64,000 bases of DNA. Source: Microbotryum violaceum. Taxonomy: Eukaryota. The stretch covers positions 806,001 to 870,000 of the forward strand of contig CDLV01000012.1 of NCBI GenBank assembly GCA_001244265.2, written 5' to 3'. Under the pieces are notes generated by a model. The model saw only the letters and a program-made list of their open reading frames with translations. It did no database searches and was not told where the DNA came from. Positions 38,020 to 49,479 of the stretch are shown here, one piece after another; position 1 is the stretch's first letter, and each line of letters begins with the position of its first letter. The position numbers were made by a program, and so were the translations under genes.

Positions 38020-38923
38020 ATGCCCCCTTCCACACCCATCAGTTCCTCCTCGTCCAACGTCCCTTCCACGGCCACGCGCCCCTCCAAATCCGACTACATC
38101 GAAACCGACACGGGCAACAAAGTGTCCCGTAAATGCGTCATTTCAGGATCCCAAAACATCATCCTTGGTGGCAAGACGTTGATCCAGCCTGGGGTCATTA
38201 TACGGGGTGATTTGAGACGGGCCGGTGCAACGGGCGCGGCGGTGGTGGTTAGTATTGGGAAGTACTGTGTTTTGGGAGAAGGTTGCATCTTGAGGCCACC
38301 TGCAAAGACTTATAAAGGGTAGGTCGCCTCGAGGTTTGGTCATGCGTCAAAAACGTCCTCGTTGCTTGATCCTGACTCTCCTCACCCCCTGACGATCCTA
38401 ACACTGACTCTCCGCGCCGAACGCGTCCCTCACAGCATCTTCTCGTACTACCCGATGAAAATCGGCGATTTCGTCCATATCGGAGCAGGTAGCATCGTCG
38501 AAGCAGCGACCATCGGTTCGGGCGTCGAGATTGGCAAAAATTGCATCATCGTCAGTGTTTTCAAACCTTTTTCTTTTCGGAGGATCCTTCAGAAGTACTG
38601 AGACGCCGCGTATTTCGGACACAGGGCTCCATGTCTATCATTAAAGACAATGCCAAGATCCTCGACAACAGTGTCGTTGGACCTGGGACCGTGATACCGA
38701 GTTTGACCGAATGGGGAGGCAGCCCAGGTACGAACCCCTTCCTCGAGATTTTCGGTCCTTGCGAGGGCGAGCGTTCTCTTCCCCAACCACTCATTCCTGA
38801 CTTCTCATTTGGCCCTTCTTTCCAATCACCTCAGCGCTTATTCTAGACCAACTACCCGAATCGACCCCCGAGTTGACCGAAGCAAAGTCGAAATCCTTCT
38901 ACGCCAAGTTCCAACTCGAGTGA
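38020..38923 (+). CDS. DCTN5: Dynactin subunit 5 (p25)
   Basis: YIETDTGNKVSRK, GSQNIILGGKT, IIRGDLRR, ILRPP, FSYYPMKIGD and LbH hexapeptide repeats. Three introns. Confidence 0.93.
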
Positions 38924-39148
38924 AGCGCCATTGAGACCCCTTCCGGCAGTCCTCATCGAGTGTTGTTGTATTTGTCTTTGGAGCGAAGCATAGATTTGGC
39001 ATAGGCACAAGAGAGCACGAAGGCATGTTACATGTTCGTATAAGCAAGAGAGAAGACCCCAGATGAAGCTCGGAGAAGACCCAAGAGAACAAGAAGTGTG
39101 GGAGACAAGTACAGAGATAAGTCCACATAGACCACGGACTCGGCCCAA

Positions 39149-42146
39149 TCACTGTGCGCAAGAAAAGGCAGGTTAAGGTCAGCAACCTGTAGCGGGGTTG
39201 CTTGTAGCGAAAGTACAAACAAACTCACGACACCGATGCGATGGACCGTCTTCTTTCCTCCCGAGAAGCGAATGACTTCTCTTCGCTCGAGGATGTACAG
39301 CGTCCTCTCGAGCGCATGTTGGGTATACCTGAACAAGCAAAGCGCACACTCATCAGCCTAGGTCCAAATGTTCCGAATACTTTGTGATTTGCTTGACTCG
39401 CCCTTGCTGCGTGACGAACTCGCGCACCAAACTGGCGTAACTCGTGCTCCACCCGATCGGCAACCGCCTCCTGATATCACTCTCGACCTTGTTGATCTCC
39501 TCCATCAAATCTCCTCTGTTCATACCTTCGACGTTTCCCGCCTGAACGGCATCCATAGTCGAGAACTTGAACAGCCGGATCGCCTCATCGACATGGTGTT
39601 CTTGCACTTGAGTTGCCAAAGTCATCTTGGCCAACGATTCGGAGATACGAATGATGGCCTCCAATTGACGGACGGTGATGGGGATCGAAGAGCGTTCGTT
39701 GTTATCCCTCTCGACTTGTTGAACTTGTTTCCTCAACGCGACGAAATGCGACGACAACTTTTCCGCGGCCGTACGAGAAAGTCGAGGCGCGCAACGCGAC
39801 TTGCAATACCCGACAAAACGCTTCATCTTGTCAATGTCGATCTCACCAACTACAGCGGACTCGGTCGCGACGTTCATGTGGAGGTTCATAACGTGGCGCG
39901 CGATCGTGCGATCACGATTCTCGTCGTGCTCATCCTTGACGATGAAGATCATATCGAAACGGGACAAGATGGTCGTTTGGAAATCAATGTTCTCGCCCGG
40001 GGTCTTCATGTCGTCGTAACGACCAAAGACGGGGTTTGCTGCAGCCAGCACCGACGTTCGCGAATTAAGGATGGTCGTGATACCGGCTTTGGCGATCGAG
40101 ATGGTCTGTTGCTCCATGGCTTCGTGAATCGCGACGCGATCCTCGTCGCGCATCTTGTCAAATTCGTCGATGCAGACCACACCACCGTCGGCCAAGACCA
40201 TGGCACCACCTTCAAGATAGAATTCTCGCTGTGAGACCAGAGGGAGTCCAAATTGGCAACATGAGCATCACTGTCTATACCATCTTGAGACTTGTTTCTA
40301 TCCGCACTCACCGATTGGGGATCGCGCTGAACGGAAGCCGTCAAACCAGCAGCCGAAGAACCCTTGCCCGAAGTGTACACCGCAATCGGGGAGACCTTCT
40401 CGACGAACTTGAGCAACTGCGACTTGGCTGTACCGGGGTCACCGAGTAAGAGGACGTTGATATCACCACGCAGGCGCATCCCGTCGGGCAAGACCTTCTT
40501 CGATCCACCGAATAAGAGGCACACGACGGCCTTTTTGATGTCTGATAAGTAGGAGGGAGGCTAAACTGATCAGTGGGCGATTCAAAAGGCCGACGGGACA
40601 TCAGCGCAGCACTGACCTCCGTTGCCAAAGATACTGGGCGCGACACTGCTCGCGAAGCGTTCGTAAAAGTTGTCGGAACGAGCCAACTCGCCAAACTCTT
40701 CCTCCTCCTCGGCCGTAAAGTTGCGCGATCCGCTCTTACCGTCGGTGTCGATCTCGAGGCCGATGACGCGGAGATAGGGCGTTCGAAGGGCGACGGGATT
40801 GTTGCGCTGTAGGTATGGAGCACCATAATAAGGTTAGCGACGAGCTCATAGTACTCTCATGCGAATGGCAGCTTACGCCCGAGGATTTTCCGGATTGGAA
40901 AGTCGAGTAAATACCCGTTGCAATGACGCGAGTACCCGGAACGACTTTACCCGTCAAATATCTGCACGCTCGTGGTACTCAAGTCAGTCGTTGGTGACCT
41001 CACTCGCACGTGTATTGTTTTTGACTCACCGATCGGCACTGAGAAGGACGTGTCGGGGCAGTTCACCGACGGGGACCATGTCGGGAGCCTCTTGCAACTT
41101 GATTGTCTGTTGATCAACGAAAGTGCACTTGTCGTGCACGATCACGTATGGGTCCATCGGGCACTCTTTTGGTCCATCGGGGCCGGGATGCCTGTCGCGG
41201 TGAAGATGAAATGCCGAGGTCAGTGACTGGCATGCTTATTGTCGGCAGCATCGAGAGAGGAAGGCAAGAAATAGACTGACGATCCACACACTCGGGGTAA
41301 CTGGAACCCGGTGAAGCCACCCTGGACCTCCATGGGCGCGACATGGCGGCAAAATTTGCAGGTGAGGTGAAGGCGGATCGCACGAGACGAGAGCACACTG
41401 GCCGAGATGACGATACCGGGTAATCGTACGAGTCGAGAGATGGAAGATGCCTGAGAACAACAAGTATGGATGAGTGATCTGCCAAACTCCAGCGACTGCG
41501 CGGGGGCGACTCACGCCGAGTTCTCGGAACTGCATCAGCCTCGAGCCACTTCGGAGTTGCAATTGGATCTCGGGTGTCTCCTTAGCGCGACGGTCCCTTT
41601 CTTCTGGGTTTAACATCGCCAAAGTTGGTTGAAGGATGGCGCGGGCGAGGTTGCGCAAAGCGACTTCGAACTGAGCAGTGCAGAGTGGCGCGTGGTTAGC
41701 CTCGGCCGCTCGACGCGTTTATGAGAGACGCGTCCCGGCCTGGGGAAGTACGAATGCGACGAAGGGGTCGCTCGCGTATGACCCATGCCGTATCGAATGG
41801 TTGTGATGAACATGTTCGAAAGTGACCCAGTCACACTCACCAGGGGTACGACTTCGCCTGGTTCGGTCCTACACCTCGCGGCGAGGTCCTCGTTCCATCC
41901 GATCAGGTGCGACACCTCAACTTCGAGCGTGTACTCCTTGCGCAACAGGTTCGCCCTCAGTCGATCGCGGTAGATGAACGACTCGTTCTCTCGGTAGCCA
42001 GTCAGAAAGTCCTGTAGGGCTTTGATGGTCGCTGTGTTGGTCTGTTGCTGCGTGTTGCTTCCCGTCGAGCGGAACGAACCGCCGGTTGTTGAGGCGGGGG
42101 GCAGCACGGGCACCGCGTAAACGCTGCCTTGGTCGAAGCCGCTCAT
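39149..42146 (-). CDS. MCM5: DNA replication licensing factor Mcm5
   Basis: MSGFD...[90 protein letters not shown]. Confidence 0.97.
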
Positions 42147-42493
42147 ATTGTGTTGGGGCAAGATGGTGTGGAAGATGAGCGAGAGATGGAAAAGGTAAAG
42201 AAGCAAGTCCGCTCAGGGAATCGAGAGAAGTCGGGATGGAGGTGGCGCAGGGGGGACAGCAGGTGAGAAGGTGACGAGCAGGTACGGAGGGACACGCGTC
42301 TCAAAATTGCACTCGCGTCAAAACGCGTCGAGCCAGCCGGGACGCGACCCCCAACAAGAAGAGGTCCGAGCGCAAAGTGCCGTGCCACTGACGCTACTGT
42401 CTCCACTCGACGCGACGCGGCTCGGTTTCGGCCTTCAGCTCTCCACACAAAACATACGTCTCTGCACCGATCGACCTCTCCCACTCGTTTAAG

Positions 42494-43803
42494 ATGCAGC
42501 AACCGGCCATGCTGTACGGCACCGCCTGGAAGGGAGCTCGTACGACCGCGCTCGTTGTCCAAGCCGTGCTCGCTGGCTTCCGAGGTATCGATACCGCCTG
42601 TCAACCCAAGGTGAGGCGCCCCATCCACATTATAGCTCTACAAGTTGGCACGGTCTAATGGCGAAAGTGCGCTGTCACAGCACTACCGCCAAGAGCTCGT
42701 CGGTCAAGCGATCGGGCAACTCAAGACTCGGCACGGCATCAACCGAGACCAGCTGTGGATCCAGACCAAGTTCACTTCATTGGACGGTCAGGATCTCTCC
42801 CAGCCACTCCCCTACGACAAGGGTGCTCCTCTTGCGCAGCAGGTGCGTTAGTGTACGCCGAGACCACACGTCCTCGCGCTGAACAACTTCCGAGCTGATG
42901 CGCTCGAAAACGTCGTACCGAGCACAGGTCCGACAATCGTTCGAGACCTCGCTCAAGCAGCTTGGAACGGACTACGTCGATTCGCTCATCATGCACGCGC
43001 CCATGCGAACGCGTGAGGAGACAAGGTCGGTGTGGACCGAGTTCGAGTCATTGGTTAAATCGGGCAAGGTGGGTCCAATGTCAGGCTCGCAGTTCTTCCG
43101 GTTTTTTTCAAGCGCGCTGAACTGCGTTGGGTTCGTCGATTGTTCTGCAGGTTCGAGAGATCGGCATTTCCAACATTTACGATGTCGACTTGTTCGACTG
43201 GTGCTTTGAGACTTTCGAGATCAAGCCGAGCTCCATGTCAGTACATCTCGTATTGCTCTTAGCGCCCAGTGCGCGAACCTGACCGACCCCCCTGTTCTTT
43301 CTTCCCCAGTCAAAACCGGTTCGTCGAAGAGCATCTCAACTTTTGCGCACCTATCCTCGAGCGTCTCGCCCAACGCGTCAAGGAAGGTCACCCCATGGTC
43401 CGATTGCAGACCTTTTGGACGCTGACAGGCAGTTGAGCTCTACTCTCCTTCCTCCACGTGGCCCGAATTGCATCTCAAGTCTGACCCAAGCCCTCCCCCT
43501 CATATCCTAGACCCTCAAATCCTCCGCCAACTCAGCCCTCCTCAAGTCCTCACCTTCCCCGAATCGAGAGCAAGACTCAAAACCTCAGCTCAAGTATTGT
43601 ACTACCTGCTCATGACGGCTTGTCGTTGGCCCAAAGGCATGATCACTCCTTTGACGGGCACAACCAGTAAGCAACACATGCAAGATGACATCGAGGTGAT
43701 TCGAGCGGTCGCAGAGAGCTCAGTCGGGGATGGATGGAAGGGGGAAGAAAAGGAGATGGAGGATGCGAGAAAGTTGGTGGAGAAGTACATTTGGTCCGAT
43801 TGA
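42494..43803 (+). CDS. Aldo-keto reductase family protein (YGTAWK type), multi-exon
   Basis: MLYGTAWK, GFRGIDTACQPK|HYRQELVG, LWIQTKFT, LGTDYVDSLIMH, IGISN, TPLTGTTSKQHM. Confidence 0.88.
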
Positions 43804-44928
43804 TTTCCTGGTGCTGTGTAGAGTTTCGGACGAAGGCGGCTGTTCTCGCCGTTTTGTTGTTTTAGTACCTTCAGATTGCTCTCCCTCTTGTTTTTGTACA
43901 AAGTTGACGCACCGCGGGGCGGCGACGAGTCCCTGAACCTCTAGCTGGAATATAGTCAGGGCATGTTCAAGCACGGCTTCACCCATCAGATCGTGTTCCG
44001 AAGTCTATGATCGAGGGAAAAGGAGGTGAAAGAAAAACCACGTCGCGGCAAAGCCTTAGGCGACGCAACTTGGGGTACCTCACTGCAGCTGGAAGAGTTT
44101 TTGTCCCCTTCCCGAGCATCAGGCTGTGGCGACTCCAACGTCTTCAGGATTGAGAATCGAGAACCGTGTTCGAGAGGGCCCGGAGCCAAAGCGCAGGCCC
44201 GCTCAGCTCCGGAGTCAGGCTTCCTGAGCGTGACCTTCAGTGTCACCTTCAGCTGGGCTGTGAATCGCCGAGGAATGCAGAATGCCCCGGACGCGGTACC
44301 AGTCACGTCGGTCGAGCCGGGGCTAGCGGTGAATTGCCGCGACTCTGCAATAAACAGGGCTAGACAATGAACAGTGAGCACTGCAAACTAGATAGCTGCC
44401 GAGCCACCGGCACTCAGACCGCTGGGCATGCCTCCTAGCTGCTTGCTCCGTCCCTGCACGGTGCAATGTGTCCATGGCAGAACTGCGCTAGCTATGGCTG
44501 CGGCAGGGAAGGGGCACGTGGCTGCATGACAGCGGCGCCATCTCGTGCTAATGAGGGCCTTGAGACACGACATGAATTGGAGGGCTGGGAGCGTGAGTGC
44601 TTTGGAGGGCTGGACGCCCGAGTGCCCTCGAATTCTCGGAGTGAAAGCCTCAGCTCTAAGGAGCTTCAGGGATCGAAAGGGACTTGCTCTCCCTCCATTT
44701 ATATATAGCGTGGAATGCGCCAGCCGTAGAGCCTCAATGTAATTACATCCCGTCAATACCCTCCAACGTACCCTGCTTCCCTCGGAGTCGTCGTTGCGGA
44801 AAAAACGAAACAAGACGGAGCTACCAACAGAGGATAATTGGGGCGAAAAACGTATCGGCGAAGCTGAAGACTCCATGGATGACAAACGACTGGGTTTTGA
44901 GGTGTATGCTTGGGGTGGGGCGAGTCGT

Positions 44929-45916
44929 TCAGAACCTGAGGGGGGTGAAGAACCACCTGTGCATTCGCGGATGCGCAAGATGGGGTCAGCTCAACGGGTC
45001 AAGTGCCGAGATATGCCAACGCCAGGGGAGAGAGCACGCACCTGTTCTTGCCAGCGAGGTACCTCTCCTCGAACAACTTCTTGATCTGCTTCTTGGCATC
45101 CTCTCGGCTGGACACCTCCTTGAACGTCTCGGGCGCGATGACGCCCTTCAACCCCTCGAGCTCGAGCGCGTAACGGGTCGGGAGCAAGTGCGAGTAGTTG
45201 ATCGACTTGATGAAGGGCTTGACCTTGGATCGCTTCTCGATCGTCTTCTTGCCCATCCTCTTTGTGACCTTGCGAGGGTAACACTCGACACCGGCGACGA
45301 GGGCGTGGGAGTAAGGTCGATACTTGTTGCCTGAGTCCGACTGGCAAATGACAACGACCTTGCGGCCGGCGTAGCGCCCCGACAAGACCAATGCGACTTT
45401 TCCGGGCTTGTAGATCTTGGGCCTGTTGAGGGTGGTTCGTTGCAGTAGGAGTTGCGAGTGTGCGGGTGAGTGCGGGTGCGGTCGGGGGGGAGAGCGTGGG
45501 ATGTGGGATGGGCGGGCGGCGCGGAGTGGGCGTCGTGGTCGGTTGCGGCGGAGCGAGTGTGTGGTGGTGCGTACGCGCGAGAGGCAGCCGGTGCGAGTGT
45601 GCGAATTGGCGGGCGAGTCAAGCGGTCAAACGAGCATCATCGCAGGCAGAGACATAGCCGCCGATCGTATGGTGGTGTATTTCACACAAGGTGATCGCAA
45701 TGGATGGTCGAGGGTGATGGATGGTGGTTTGGTAGGGTTTGTGGGTCGTACAGCGCGCACAAGGACGACGATACAAGGCGTGAGGCAAATTTGAGAGGAC
45801 GCAATCGACGCGGCACAGCAATCACAGCACAAGGTGAACGAGGTGGGAAGGGGATCGTAAAGGTCAGCAAACGTTCAGGACGACGCATGCGGGTGGTGGT
45901 GGTATGCTGCTTACAT
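44929..45916 (-). CDS. RPL27: 60S ribosomal protein L27 (eL27)
   Basis: M|PKIYKPGKVALVLSGRYAGRK, YPRKVTK, RSKVKPFIK, NYSHLLPTRY, GKNR|WFFTPLRF*. The ATG is split by the intron at 45423-45914. Confidence 0.95.
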
Positions 45917-46418
45917 CTTGCTGTTGAGGTACAGGGAAGGGGCGAAGGAGAGGCAGACCACACAGCTCACCGCGCCCAGCCAGGTCAGGGAACGGCAGGC
46001 GAAATCACTCGAAATCAGGCGCGGCCCAGCCTGGCCCAACGCCAGTCGTTACCAAACTGCGCCCCGTGCAGTGCCCGCCCAGCCAGCCTGGCCCAGCGCC
46101 AGCTCCGTGCGGAAGCAAAAGGCCCAAATCGGCCACAAACGGTCAAAACTCGACTCGGACCGACCGGTTACTTAATGAGTCGGACGTGCTCGATCTCGAC
46201 TCGGAACTCTTTTCGACATTCATTCCGTGAGGTGTGTCGTGCACGCCTCCTTCTACACTCTCTTCTTCGTGAGATCGATCTGCGATGGCTCGTGCATAAG
46301 TATTCGACTTGCAGAGCTGCCCACGGGTTCCTACACCCTCCTAAACTTCAACCCGCTTGCTCGGGCCATACACAGTCTCTATTAGTTTGTAGTTAAGCTG
46401 GCAAGGGTCGCTTCCAAG

Positions 46419-48810
46419 ATGACGACTCGGGCTGGTGCGACCACCGCCACGACGTACCAACCGTACGCGTTGCCACCCCGACCGGCAGCACCCATCATCC
46501 TCTCGGCCATGGCCAGTCCGTTCGAGCCGTCTTCACCGATGGGGATCGCGCCGACCTCCGCGACGATGGATCAACCGACCGCGCAAGACTGGTACATCCT
46601 GCGCTCGCTGCATCAACAGATCTACGCCTACCAGCACGCCCTCTTTCATCCCCACGATGGCCCACCTGCCATAGCCCCGGTCCCGATGCACGTCGCGATC
46701 CCACCTCCCCCCAACCCCTCGTCGTCGTCGTTCCCCTTTGCGCTGCCCAGTGGGTCGCCGCCGTTGCCTCTGCCATCGGGGCCGCTGCCCACCAACCTCG
46801 ATTCGCCCCACTTCGCCCCAGGACTCACACCGGGCATGGAGATGGGGATGCAAGCCTCGCCTGAACAGCGGCAACCGCAACTGCAGCCCACTAGAACGCG
46901 CAAGATCAGCAAGAGCAAGAAGAGGCTCGAGAAGCAGCTCAAGCAAGGCCTTCTGCGGCGCAAGCAGTTGCAGCAGGAGAACATTTTGCTCAACTACGAC
47001 AGCGACTCTGCACCAACAGCCAACAAAATACTTCCTGTATCATCGACTACCATCGTCCCGCCAGCTATTTCCGAGACTGCCAATCGTGCTTCGGGTTTGA
47101 CCCCGGCCCCGGGTCTCGGTTTGCCCTCGACGGATTCGACCCCTGTGGTCCCACTGGCAGAGGAGGTACTGCCAGTAGGAGGTGCGACTCTGACCACTGC
47201 CTCCGAAGACCAAGTCCGCTCGGAAGAAATACTCAGGGCTATGCTCAAAGGTGGTCTGGCACGTTCCAAGGTGCCTTCGACGAAGCAGTCTGCGACCACA
47301 TCGAATTCTGCGACATCATCCCTCCCCCCCAATTCGACGATGACCCAAGCGGGCAACGAGAACGTTGCAATCGCCAACGGCGCCAAGGACAAAGGCAAAG
47401 GCAAGGCCTCACCGCAGGAGATTGAGGTCATCACTCTGGACGATGACGATGATGAGATTGAAGAGGGCGAGATCCCCGTCGATCCGGTTGAAAGGCGCAA
47501 GAGCCTGAACACGCAATCACCGACGACGAAGAAGACGACGGCGGTCCCCATTCCGATTCCGTTCCCTCCGCCTCGACCCAAAAAGAGGCGAAAGTCGTTC
47601 GAGGTCGAGATTGAAGACATGGATGAGTCGCCCCCGCGCGGCGATTTCGAGTACGATCAGGTCCCGAGAGGTCCGAGGGTGAGATTCGTTCTTTCTTTCT
47701 TGGTCCCACTGCTTTCCACGTCCCCTTGACTGACGTATTCGCTTAGCACCGAATCAACTCTTCTCATCAGGGTTATGATCCAGCTACCTCCTCTTCCTCT
47801 CATGTGATCATGGCCTCCCCTCCCCCTCTCCTCGCTCCCCCTTGGCCCGCGAGAATGTACGATCGATGGGCTGACCAGGAACCGGGTGAAGTGGTGCGTC
47901 CAAGCTACGAGTCCTCACAGTCGCTGTCGAATCCGGTACCACGGTATCCGCCCAAGCCGCTGGCGCCGCCATCGCCACCATCGCGACAGCATAACCGCAT
48001 CGAGCGGCCTCCTCACTTCCAACAATCTTCGCTGCAGCAGCTGCTCCCTCCTCAGCGGCCACCTCCCTCGCATCCGCCACCGCCACCGCACGACGACCTG
48101 GCGCACAGTGAATTCGAGCGTAAGTCGAATCCTTCGATAAAGACTTCTTGTGCCACCGTGCCGTCATCAGGGATGACAAGCGCATGGAGTCTGACTTTAT
48201 GGGGTAATCGTATGTGTTTCTTCATTCTTTTCCCCGTGCCATGTTTGGTCGTACAGGCGAGTCGTACCCTCAATACCGAGCTCCTTCGGATGAACAGAAG
48301 CGAACGCGGTCACCCCCGAATGTGCCACCTCTCGCATTTGCTTACGATCCTCGTCTTTCGAAAATGGGCTCGGTCCCTCTCGAGCACACTCCGCCGCCGT
48401 TGATGCCGCCCCCACCACCGCCTCAGTTTTCGTACCCACTAGCACTACCTCCTCCCTTCTCGCATCCGCTTCCCTACCTACAGCAGTATCAGCATCAGCA
48501 TCATCAACAACCGCAACCACAACTGTTTCCGCACCCGCACCCGCATCTGCATCTATATCCCCCACCTTTTCCCTCTCCCTCTTCCTCCCCGGCTCCGTAC
48601 CAGTACCCTTATCAACCCTCGCCTGCTCCCGCTGCCCCCAATCCTAGCCACCCCTATCATGGCTACGAACCTCCCCCTCCCCAAGGGTCTTCTCAACTTC
48701 ATCCCCAACAGTATTACCCGGGTCAAGCTGGCCCTCCTCCTTCCTCTTACTTGCTTGATCCACGACCTCCTCCCGGCTTTTCTGGAACGAATTCTCGACC
48801 TCGCTTCTGA
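46419..48810 (+). CDS. Uncharacterised Pro/Gln/Tyr-rich low-complexity protein, multi-exon
   Basis: Long ORFs 46419-47729, 47804- and 48214-48810 with intervening GT...AG segments. Contains IEVITLDDDD (SIM-like) and PKKRRK (NLS-like). Confidence 0.6.
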
Positions 48811-49479
48811 AAACTTTCGACTGCCCGCCTGTCCAAGTTGGATACCTTCGGTTTCTTCTTTCGGCAACGCCTAGGGTGAGTAGACTCGTTTCCACCTGTG
48901 GAACGAACGCAGAGAGCTTTTCTCGCATTTCTTCTCGATTTCCCCCTTTTCCTTTCTCTTCGAACCAAAACTTTCGTCGGATCTCCGTTTTCGTCGGCGG
49001 CTTGCAAAAGTTTTTTTTTTCTTTTTTTCTCGTGTACGGTCAGGTCCTTTTACCTTTCTCTTCTTTCTTCCTTTTTGTCTGTCTCAAAAAAAAGCCCCGA
49101 TGAATCCGCACGATCAAAACTCGGTTTTCACGTCGGTTGTGTTGATTCAGCGCGAGAGAGAACTGACTGGATAGAGAGCTTCCCCTCGTTTACGAGGAGC
49201 GTGAGAAGTCATCGAAGAGAAACGACCATTGCAAAGAACGTAATAATGATGAATAAAAGAAGTGGGAAACAGTGAGCAATGGTCGTAAGTAAGTGAAGCG
49301 ACAAAACATTGGGATAACGCTGGACATAAACGAGGTGGTGCAAGTGGAGGAATAAATGCGAAGAAAACGAAAGCGGAAACAGAGGGGAGGCGAAAACCTG
49401 GAATGTGCCAAGTGAAGAAAAGGTGTATTCAGGATAGATAGCGGATGCAATAAATATGTACAGTAAAGAGCGGACACAA

